Program-made: the position numbers and the translations under genes | Part shown: positions 8,337 to 16,066 of the stretch, in pieces | Numbering within the stretch: position 1 is the stretch's first letter | How the letters are laid out: the number at the start of each line of letters is the position of its first letter | NCBI GenBank assembly: GCA_017394805.1 | Contig: JAFPXC010000020.1 | Coordinates: forward strand, 69,578-133,577 | Reading direction: 5' to 3' | Source of the DNA: Clostridia bacterium | GTDB taxonomy: Bacteria > Bacillota > Clostridia > Christensenellales > CAG-1252 | DNA: 64,000 nucleotides | The notes under the pieces: model-generated | Database searches by the model: none | Told to the model about the DNA's origin: nothing | What the model saw: only the letters and a program-made list of their open reading frames with translations

Positions 8337-8392
8337 AATCGTTTGACAGCGGCTGGTTTGGATGGTAAAATCAAAAATAAGGCGGTGAGTAT

Positions 8393-10078
8393 ATGGTAAG
8401 GCATCTATTATATTCGCAGGATAACATTACACTGATATTTAGTCTTGCATTTATTATTTGGTTTGTCATTCTTTTGATCGTGCGTAAACCGGTCGGAGAT
8501 AACGCCGTAAAAGCAAAGGTATGGATAGGTCTGTGCTTCGTTCCGCTTGCGGCGGCAATAATTCATTTCTTCTTGTATTCGTTCGGCGACGCGGTGCTGC
8601 CCTTGTTGGCGAAATATGCGTTTATTTATGCGTCGGCCATTCTTACGGCGTTTTTCCCGCTGGTTTTTATGAAAAAGAGCAATAAACCCGTAAAAATAGT
8701 CGGTGCTACGGTTATCGGCGCAGTATGTCTCGTTTCGCTTTTTTTCTATATCGATTCGCCGGCGTCGGTCAATTACTCGAACGGAGATTTGAAGAGCGCA
8801 TACGTTTCGTTGTGCGATTATTTTGAAGAAAACTACATATTGAACGAATGGAAAAAGCCCGATTACGAAAAAATCAAAGCGGACGGCTTGCTGTTGATCG
8901 ACGAAGCCGAAAAGACGGGCGATATAACGAAATACTACGAAGCGATCGACACATTCACGTACGGCTTTTATGACGGACATATGGGTATGTCCTTCTATGA
9001 CGAAAACGATTATTTGATGACGAAGTTAAAGCAATTCAACGACTACGGACTGTCTCTCGTTACGCTGGACGACGGAACCACGATAGCCGTTGACGTGGAA
9101 GACGGGCTTGCCATAAAAAACGGCGACACGGTTACGAAATGGAACGGCGTTCCCATAGACCAAGCCGTTGAAAGCGTGCAGGTGCCGACGCCCGAGGCGG
9201 TAGCCGAAAACGAGAGGATAGAGAAGGCGTTCTGGCTGGCCGGTACGGGCGGCGAGCGCGTTGAGGTGTGCTATATCAACTCGGATAGCGAAGAAAAAAC
9301 GATTACGCTCGATAGGCTTGATTCCGCGTTGCCGAGAGCCTTGCGGGCGAGACGGCTGTTTTGGCACAATACGGATGGGGCATATTCGTATAAAATGCTC
9401 AACGACGATACGGGATATATGAAAATCAAGACGGAAGAAACCGACCGTTTTCACGATTATTTCGCCTACGTCAGCGGCAACCATATATACGCGAGAGAGA
9501 CGTTCAGACGCGACCTGCGAACGCTGAAAAAGCAGGGAATGATGAAGTTGATCGTTGACCTGAGAAACAACGGCGGCGGTTATGACGAGGTCGCAACCGC
9601 TTTTGCAAGTCTGTTTGCAAAAGAAAAAACGTACGCCTTTTCGCTCGGCATCAGAAAGAACGGCGAGTACGTCAAAACCGCCGACAGATATATTATGGCC
9701 GACGGCGAATTCGGCGACGTTGAGATACTCGTGCTTACCAATATGCGCTGTGCGTCCGCGGGTGACGGAATGGTGCTGTATATGTCAAAGCTCGACAACG
9801 TGACGATTGCGGGCTTGTCCTGCCCCTCGGGCTGCAATCAGGAATCGGGCGGCTCGATATATATGCCGAAAGGAGTGGTCGTTAATTTTCCCGTTGGCCT
9901 TGTGCTGGACGAAGAAGGAAATCCGAATATCGACGTTGATGATTCAAGGCAAAGCCGAACGCCGCTCGACGTAAAGATCCCTTTGACGAAAGAGGCGGCT
10001 CTTGCGATCTTTAACGAGGAAAACTTTGACAACGGGGAGGATTACGAACTCGAATGGGCGATCAATTATCTCAATTAA
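8393..10078 (+). CDS. Membrane-anchored S41-family (C-terminal processing / tail-specific) peptidase
   Basis: 561 aa. The N-terminal ~120 aa contain about 4 hydrophobic helices. The C-terminal part carries DLRNNGGGY and TNMRCASAGD motifs typical of S41 peptidases. SD AAGGCGGTGA. Confidence 0.78.
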   Translation: MVRHLLYSQDNITLIFSLAFIIWFVILLIVRKPVGDNAVKAKVWIGLCFVPLAAAIIHFFLYSFGDAVLPLLAKYAFIYASAILTAFFPLVFMKKSNKPVKIVGATVIGAVCLVSLFFYIDSPASVNYSNGDLKSAYVSLCDYFEENYILNEWKKPDYEKIKADGLLLIDEAEKTGDITKYYEAIDTFTYGFYDGHMGMSFYDENDYLMTKLKQFNDYGLSLVTLDDGTTIAVDVEDGLAIKNGDTVTKWNGVPIDQAVESVQVPTPEAVAENERIEKAFWLAGTGGERVEVCYINSDSEEKTITLDRLDSALPRALRARRLFWHNTDGAYSYKMLNDDTGYMKIKTEETDRFHDYFAYVSGNHIYARETFRRDLRTLKKQGMMKLIVDLRNNGGGYDEVATAFASLFAKEKTYAFSLGIRKNGEYVKTADRYIMADGEFGDVEILVLTNMRCASAGDGMVLYMSKLDNVTIAGLSCPSGCNQESGGSIYMPKGVVVNFPVGLVLDEEGNPNIDVDDSRQSRTPLDVKIPLTKEAALAIFNEENFDNGEDYELEWAINYLN

Positions 10079-10190
10079 CGCACTCGGTGACTTCCTTGAC
10101 CGATAATTAAAATTGCCGCCGCAAGCGTTCTTTCGAACCGCGGCGACAGGGGGAAATGCATACCGTGCATTGAGCGCAAGGTTTGGGGTG

Positions 10191-12095
10191 CTAATATCCT
10201 TTGGTGCAGTCTACGACGTTCTGCGGGGCGCGCCCCTGGATATAGTCGATGACGTTTTGGGTGACGTCCTGCACGTAGCGGTCGTGACCGTCCATGACGA
10301 ACATGGCGCGATGGGGAGAAAGGACTACGTTGTCGAACTCTTGCAAATTGTATTTGCTGGGCATGAGTAGGTCGGATTTGTTTTTGGGTTTTTCCTTCCA
10401 TACGTCGTTGGCGATGCCGGCGATAACGTTGTTTTTGAGCGCGTCGTAGAGATCTTTTTCGTTGAGTACGTTGCTACGGCCCACGTTGACGATGAATTTA
10501 TCGCGCAACCACTCGAAACTCTCCTTGTTGAAAATATCGTCCGTGTCGGGCGTTTTCGGCAGGGAAGAGATGATGAGATCGCAAGTTTGGCACAGCTCTT
10601 TGAAATCCTTGACGAGACGAACGTTGTGGTAGGGTTTGCCTCTGTCTATGGTGTATGTCTCAATATCGTTGGCCATGAGTATTTTGTGTATCTGCTTGCC
10701 GATGTCGCCATAGCCCAATAGACCTATCTTCATATCGAAAATGCTTTTCCAATACCGATAGTTTTCGTCGTTCCATTCGCCTTTTCGGAGTTTTTTGTCG
10801 AAAATGCAGATTTGATTGACCAGCGTGATAGCCAACCCGAACGCATACTCGGCAATGTAGTCCGAATTGACGTGCGAATTGCACAATAATACGTCCTTTT
10901 GGGCCAGCTCTTTGAGGGGGAAATCGTCTACGCCCGTCTTGTAGGCGAAGATCGCTTTGAGACGATTGGCCGTAGCGAGCGTGGCCGCGGAGAGTTTCTT
11001 GCCGATGAAGACGTCAACGTCGGATAGGTCTACGTCGTTCAATCCGCATACGCGGACGGTGGCGAAATTGGACAGCACGCTACGCATTCTTTCGAAGGAA
11101 GCGTCCATTTCACCCACGCTCAGCAATATGGTGGGATCTTTCAATATCCGATTGAAATCGTAGTAGGAAGCCACCGTTTCGTAGGGTGCGTTGAGAATGT
11201 CGCCCGCCACTTGGTGTTTGAGTATATAAGACGATATGCCCAATTCGAGCGCTTCCGAGAGGTCGTCGTGCGTGAATAGTCCGTATATAACGCCTGCGTC
11301 GAAAGCGTCGCCCCCGCCGATGCGTTCTTTGACGCGCAATTTGATGCCGTCCAACGCGATGGTTTCCTTGTGAGAGGCCGCCACCACGCGCATCAAGCCG
11401 ACTTCGCCTTTTTTGTCGTCGAGTCTATCCCGCAAAAACAGGTATTTGGCGTCGGGATAGAGCGAAAAAAAGCCGTTGACGAAATCGTCTTGCAGATCTA
11501 AAAAGACCTGCATATCCTTGGTGGACGCCGAGATCACGTCGACGTAGCGAAGCAGTTTGCGAAACGTCGCGCCCGCTTGGTCGGTAGTCCACAAAGCGGG
11601 GCGGTAATTGAAATCGAAACTTGTGGGAATGCCCCGTTCCCGTGCGCTTCGGAGAAGGCGAAACGCCACTCGCTCGGCGGAAGGGGACACGGCGAACGAA
11701 ATGCCCGACACGTGGAACCATCCTACGTCGTCGAAAATATGCTCGAAATCAACGTCGCTCTCGTCGATATGCGCGAATGCGGAATTGCGCCTGTTGTAAA
11801 CGGTCGCTTTGGCGCGGTCTTTCTCTTGGGCGAAGAGATAGTATTCGCCCATATTGCCGTCTTTGACAATGACCGAAGACGTGTCGACGCGGTATTCGTT
11901 GAGTTTGGCGAGGGCGAACGCGCCGATCTTGTCTTTGGGCAGTACGCTGAGATACTTCGCGTCGAGCCCCATTCCCGAAAGACAGCATAATACGTTCGCT
12001 TCCGTGCCGCCGCAGCAATAGTCGAAAGACGAATTGGTATCTATATCGTCTGCGGATAATCTGAGTAATATTTCACCGAATGCAAGTACTTTCAT
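10191..12095 (-). CDS. Fusion protein: PfkB-family sugar(-acid) kinase (KdgK-like) + D-isomer-specific 2-hydroxyacid dehydrogenase
   Basis: A single 634-aa ORF. The N-terminal ~310 aa are KdgK-like (FGEILLRL, GGTEANV, and the GGGDAFDAG anion hole). The C-terminal ~300 aa carry the NAD site GLLGYGDIGKQI and an R/D/H catalytic set (VGRSNV, ANDVW, SPHRA). Confidence 0.8.
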   Translation of the reverse strand: MKVLAFGEILLRLSADDIDTNSSFDYCCGGTEANVLCCLSGMGLDAKYLSVLPKDKIGAFALAKLNEYRVDTSSVIVKDGNMGEYYLFAQEKDRAKATVYNRRNSAFAHIDESDVDFEHIFDDVGWFHVSGISFAVSPSAERVAFRLLRSARERGIPTSFDFNYRPALWTTDQAGATFRKLLRYVDVISASTKDMQVFLDLQDDFVNGFFSLYPDAKYLFLRDRLDDKKGEVGLMRVVAASHKETIALDGIKLRVKERIGGGDAFDAGVIYGLFTHDDLSEALELGISSYILKHQVAGDILNAPYETVASYYDFNRILKDPTILLSVGEMDASFERMRSVLSNFATVRVCGLNDVDLSDVDVFIGKKLSAATLATANRLKAIFAYKTGVDDFPLKELAQKDVLLCNSHVNSDYIAEYAFGLAITLVNQICIFDKKLRKGEWNDENYRYWKSIFDMKIGLLGYGDIGKQIHKILMANDIETYTIDRGKPYHNVRLVKDFKELCQTCDLIISSLPKTPDTDDIFNKESFEWLRDKFIVNVGRSNVLNEKDLYDALKNNVIAGIANDVWKEKPKNKSDLLMPSKYNLQEFDNVVLSPHRAMFVMDGHDRYVQDVTQNVIDYIQGRAPQNVVDCTKGY

Positions 12096-12107
12096 CGCGT
12101 TACCTCA

Positions 12108-13676
12108 TCAAATCTTCGGCTGACCGTTGGAGTCGAAAATACGCTCGTGCGCGAGTTCCATATACGCTATGCAGGCAAGTAGAGCGTCGCCGCTTTCACG
12201 ATAGTAGCGGATAGGGCAGTATTTATGGGACTTTTGCAGGCAATTCTGTGCGCCGAAGCGGACGCGCGGGGATAGTTTGCGATAGACGCGTAGCGTTTCG
12301 TCGCGCTTGCGTAAGGTAAATCCGTATTTGAAATCCACGGCGAGCTTGTCGTGTCTGACCAGGAAATATTTGCTGTCGAGTTTTTCTTTTTTGAGAGGAT
12401 TGCCGCTTACGTCGGCGGAGAAATCCTCGATTTGCCGTTTGAGCGCTTCCGCCCCGATGTTGAGTACGACGTAGAAATACAGATTGGGTTTGCCTCCTTC
12501 CACCAGGTCGCGCGCCAGCCCCAGGAAGTTGGTGCGTAGATCGAAGGCATACTGATCTTTGGTGATGCCGAAGTTTTCTTTGAGCGTTTTGGCGATCACC
12601 GTGGCGAACAATTCGTTCTCGACGCCCTCGATGATCACTTTCGCCTGTCGGTCGTAGTAACTATCGAACTTGTCCGGTTTGAAGGCAAGCGATATTGGTT
12701 GGGCGAACTTGTTTTTCCAAGTCGTCTTTTTGCGACTGCGTTTTTCGATCAAAAGATATCCGTCCGACGTGATGACCAACCCGTTGATGCCGATTTGGTT
12801 GCACAGAAGACTGTCTTTGAGATCGTTCAGGCGGGGATTATACTCGTACAGATCGCGCACGGTCACGCCTTGCTCGATGCAGTAGTCCATACATCTGTTG
12901 GTCAGCAGCATCTGATAATAGGTGGATTTTTGCGTTTCGAGCGTCAACTCGTCGGTCTCATCGGTTTGGCGGAAGGATACATCCCTAAGGCGAATGGACG
13001 TCGCGTTGCGCACGATAGAGTGTTTGTGCGCGCTGATGAGATTGGTGGCGCAGTTGATGAGAAAGTCGGGCAGTTGGTATTGCTCTGGCGAATCGTGTAT
13101 CGTGATGGTTGCGTTGCCTTCAACGTTGGCATACACGTTGACGTTCGGCAAGGTAAGCACGTGCTTTTGCGTGAATTGCCCGACGTCCATACAATAGTTT
13201 ATGCGCTCGTCCGAATATTTGTCGTAAATGTAGGGATAGAGGTATCGACGGGGGCGACGGTCGGCAATATGCGCGGTGATCTGCAGATCGTGGCCAACGC
13301 TATCGTAGCGGTTTTGGATGATTTCGGCCGTGCAGTCGTCTTCGCTGAAATGGCTCTTGTATCGGTGAATGATGGCGCGTTTTTCGTCGTTCAATTTGGT
13401 GTATTCTTCGCTTCTGTTGCGGAAAACGTCAACGAAAAAGACCACCGTCGCGCTGGCAAGCGCCGTCAGACAAACGGATATGAAACTCATATCCGTGATC
13501 AACTTGCGCAGGGCCTCTTGGGGGGATAAGCCATGTAATTCGTGGAAGGGCAACTTCGGCAGGACGAGTATGGAGATCAAAATGACAGCCACGCACAGAA
13601 TGACGAAGATGATCGCTCTGAAAAGGCCCCGTTCCCAACTTTTGTGTATTTCTTTGAAAGTTGCGTGTTTTCGCAT
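12108..13676 (-). CDS. Hypothetical 2-TM membrane-anchored protein with a large soluble domain (possible degenerate Nudix-like fold)
   Basis: 522 aa. SD AAAGGAG. Two N-terminal hydrophobic helices (residues ~18-40 and ~65-87). The stretch GINGLVITSDGYLLIEKRS ... GVENELFATVIAKTLKENFGI resembles a Nudix strand plus box but lacks the catalytic REx2EE. I do not recognise a family. Confidence 0.65.
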   Translation of the reverse strand: MRKHATFKEIHKSWERGLFRAIIFVILCVAVILISILVLPKLPFHELHGLSPQEALRKLITDMSFISVCLTALASATVVFFVDVFRNRSEEYTKLNDEKRAIIHRYKSHFSEDDCTAEIIQNRYDSVGHDLQITAHIADRRPRRYLYPYIYDKYSDERINYCMDVGQFTQKHVLTLPNVNVYANVEGNATITIHDSPEQYQLPDFLINCATNLISAHKHSIVRNATSIRLRDVSFRQTDETDELTLETQKSTYYQMLLTNRCMDYCIEQGVTVRDLYEYNPRLNDLKDSLLCNQIGINGLVITSDGYLLIEKRSRKKTTWKNKFAQPISLAFKPDKFDSYYDRQAKVIIEGVENELFATVIAKTLKENFGITKDQYAFDLRTNFLGLARDLVEGGKPNLYFYVVLNIGAEALKRQIEDFSADVSGNPLKKEKLDSKYFLVRHDKLAVDFKYGFTLRKRDETLRVYRKLSPRVRFGAQNCLQKSHKYCPIRYYRESGDALLACIAYMELAHERIFDSNGQPKI

Positions 13677-13704
13677 GTGTAACTCCTTTGTGACAGACGA
13701 TCGA

Positions 13705-14133
13705 TCATTCGTTCGAGCCGTCGGGATGGTCGGGCGTGTTGTCGATCGACTCAGCCGTTTCTTCGCCGCCCGAAGGCGTCAATTCCGCAGGTACGAGCGC
13801 GTCGTCTACGGGCAGAGGCCTGTTGTTGTTGAGACCTACTGTGTTGTCTACGGGCAGGGCAAAGGCGATGCCGTGGCAGTTGGTATTGATGCCCACCTTG
13901 CTGTACAAAGCGTGCAGTATGGTGTCGCGTATGGGCGTGGGCACCAATATCATCACCATCTCTTTGTTGGGCTGTATGGCGATGTTGAAGTAGCGCTCGG
14001 CCTCTTTGTTGGCCGTGCCTCTCGCGTGGACGACCGTACCGCCGCGTGCGCCGCATTCCTTGGCCGCGTCCATGACGTTGTCGATATATCCTTCGTCTAC
14101 GATACAAATGATCAGTTGATGCCTATATTCCAT
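13705..14133 (-). CDS. P-II-family signal-transduction-like protein with an acidic C-terminal tail
   Basis: 142 aa. A beta-alpha-beta pattern (LIICIVDEGYIDNVMDAAKECGARGGTVVHARG ... HGIAFALPVDNTVGL) aligns by eye to GlnB/PII. SD TAGGAG. Confidence 0.7.
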   Translation of the reverse strand: MEYRHQLIICIVDEGYIDNVMDAAKECGARGGTVVHARGTANKEAERYFNIAIQPNKEMVMILVPTPIRDTILHALYSKVGINTNCHGIAFALPVDNTVGLNNNRPLPVDDALVPAELTPSGGEETAESIDNTPDHPDGSNE

Positions 14134-14142
14134 ACGATGCTC

Positions 14143-14526
14143 CTATAACTTGCGCGTGTCGCTCAAAAAACTGTACGCCGAAACGCCGATGAGGGCGGAC
14201 ATGGGCACGGTGTAGGCGATGCCCTTGCCACCTTTGATGGTGTTGAATTTCTCTTCCAATTCTTCCAAAACGCCCTGTACGCAGTCCTCGCGAATGACGC
14301 TGACGATGACCGTGCGCTCGGTGTTGGCAAAGCCCATATACGCCAAAGCCGCTTTGGGCGCGGTGCCGTTGGCAAGAAGTTGCAACTGCATATTGACGTG
14401 GTAGGACTGTATCAAATCCATATAAAAATCCGCCTTGTTACGGTTGACCACCGTAAACAGGACGCTCAACTTGTCGCTTTTGAGTTTTTGATTGGTATTG
14501 GTGTTGACGATGCGTTTCTTTTTCAT
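14143..14526 (-). CDS. P-II-like protein (second, divergent paralog)
   Basis: 127 aa (LSVLFTVVNRNKADFYMDLIQ ... KGIAYTVPMSALIG). It starts 3 nt after the stop of the upstream permease gene, suggesting translational coupling. Confidence 0.62.
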   Translation of the reverse strand: MKKKRIVNTNTNQKLKSDKLSVLFTVVNRNKADFYMDLIQSYHVNMQLQLLANGTAPKAALAYMGFANTERTVIVSVIREDCVQGVLEELEEKFNTIKGGKGIAYTVPMSALIGVSAYSFLSDTRKL

Positions 14527-14529
14527 AGG

Positions 14530-16053
14530 CTACATAAATTCGATGATCTGCTCGTCGTCCGCGTCGTAGATATGACGCAACGCGATGCGCTTGCGTATAA
14601 GGTGCGCCGCTACGGCTCTGAAGCCCAATACCTGTATGGTGATGAGGGGCGTCATAGCCACCAAAGCGACCACGCCGAAGCCGTACTCGAGGACGGATTG
14701 CTCCCCGCGCAGGGCGAAGGACGCGCCGATGACCATGGGTAGGATAAAGCCCGAAGTCAAGGGACCGGACGCCACGCCGCCCGCGTCGAACGCGATGGCC
14801 GTGTAGATTTTGGGTACGAAGAAACTCAAACCGAGGCTGACGATGTAGCCGGGAATGAGATAGTAGAGAATGGAGAAGCCGTAGATAAGGCGAATGATGC
14901 TCAACCCGATGGAGATGCCCACGCCCAAGGAGAGGGCAATCATCATACTGCGTTTGGACACCGTGCCGCCCGTGGTGGTCTCGACCTCTTTGTTGAGCAC
15001 GTGGACGGCAGGCTCGGCCAAAACGACCACCATGCCGATAACGACGCCGAATATGGTCAAGAGCAATTTGTTGTCGGACAGGCTGACGCCGATCTTGTAC
15101 CCGACGGGCATAAAGCCGATTTCGACCGCGCCCAAGAAGAGCACCATACCGATAAAGGTATAGATGAGGCCGAATACGATTTGTTTGACCTTGCTTTTGG
15201 GCAGGTGCATCAACGTCAGTTGCAGTAATACGAAGAAGACGACGATGAGGGACAGCGCGCGGACGACGTTGAGCACGACGTTGAGCACGGTGCCGCCGAA
15301 GAACGCGCCGAGGTGGGCGCTCACCGAATAGTCGGAAAGGGTATAGGCCATGTCGCCCTTGGCGACAAGCGCCAAGATGAGTACGGCGGCCACGGGGCCG
15401 ATGGAGCAGAGCGAGATGAGGCCGAAACTGTTTTCGCCGCTGTTTTTACCGCCTACGGTGGCGGCAACGCCTATGCCCAAGGCCATGATGAAGGGCACGG
15501 TGATGGGGCCTGTCGTCACGCCGCCCGAATCGAACGAGAGGGGCAGAAAGGCCTTTTTTTGCGTTTCGATAAGCACCGCCGCGACGGCAAACAGCAGGAA
15601 ATAGAAGAAAATAAGTATCGACGACAAGTCCTTTTTGAATAGGATCTTCACCATGCCGATGAGCAGGAAAATGCCGACGCCCGCGCCCACGCCGAAGAGG
15701 AGCGCGTATGGATTGATGACCGATTTGACTTGGTTGGCCAGGACGGATAGGTCGGGTTCGGCGACCGTGACCAATACGCCCATGATCAAGGTGACCGTCA
15801 ACAAAAGGGGTATGTTCTTGCGCTTTGTCAGGCTGGTGCCCATGGATTCGCCGATGGTCATCATGGCGAGTTCCGCGCCCATATTGAAGAGCGCGATGCC
15901 CGCTATCAGCACGACAACGCATATGGAAAACGTGACGATCTCCAAGGTCGACAGGTGAACGAACGGCGTAAAATAGACGGCTATAACGACGATTGCCACG
16001 GGCAATACGGCGCACAACGCTTCTATGAACTTTTTGTTGAGGTTTTTGAACAT
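14530..16053 (-). CDS. Polytopic membrane protein, DUF1538-like putative permease (internally duplicated)
   Basis: 507 aa with more than 10 hydrophobic helices in two similar halves. Pairing with PII-like genes matches my recollection of the DUF1538 neighbourhood. The family assignment was not verified by a search. Confidence 0.65.
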   Translation of the reverse strand: MFKNLNKKFIEALCAVLPVAIVVIAVYFTPFVHLSTLEIVTFSICVVVLIAGIALFNMGAELAMMTIGESMGTSLTKRKNIPLLLTVTLIMGVLVTVAEPDLSVLANQVKSVINPYALLFGVGAGVGIFLLIGMVKILFKKDLSSILIFFYFLLFAVAAVLIETQKKAFLPLSFDSGGVTTGPITVPFIMALGIGVAATVGGKNSGENSFGLISLCSIGPVAAVLILALVAKGDMAYTLSDYSVSAHLGAFFGGTVLNVVLNVVRALSLIVVFFVLLQLTLMHLPKSKVKQIVFGLIYTFIGMVLFLGAVEIGFMPVGYKIGVSLSDNKLLLTIFGVVIGMVVVLAEPAVHVLNKEVETTTGGTVSKRSMMIALSLGVGISIGLSIIRLIYGFSILYYLIPGYIVSLGLSFFVPKIYTAIAFDAGGVASGPLTSGFILPMVIGASFALRGEQSVLEYGFGVVALVAMTPLITIQVLGFRAVAAHLIRKRIALRHIYDADDEQIIEFM

Positions 16054-16066
16054 TGACTTTGATTCT

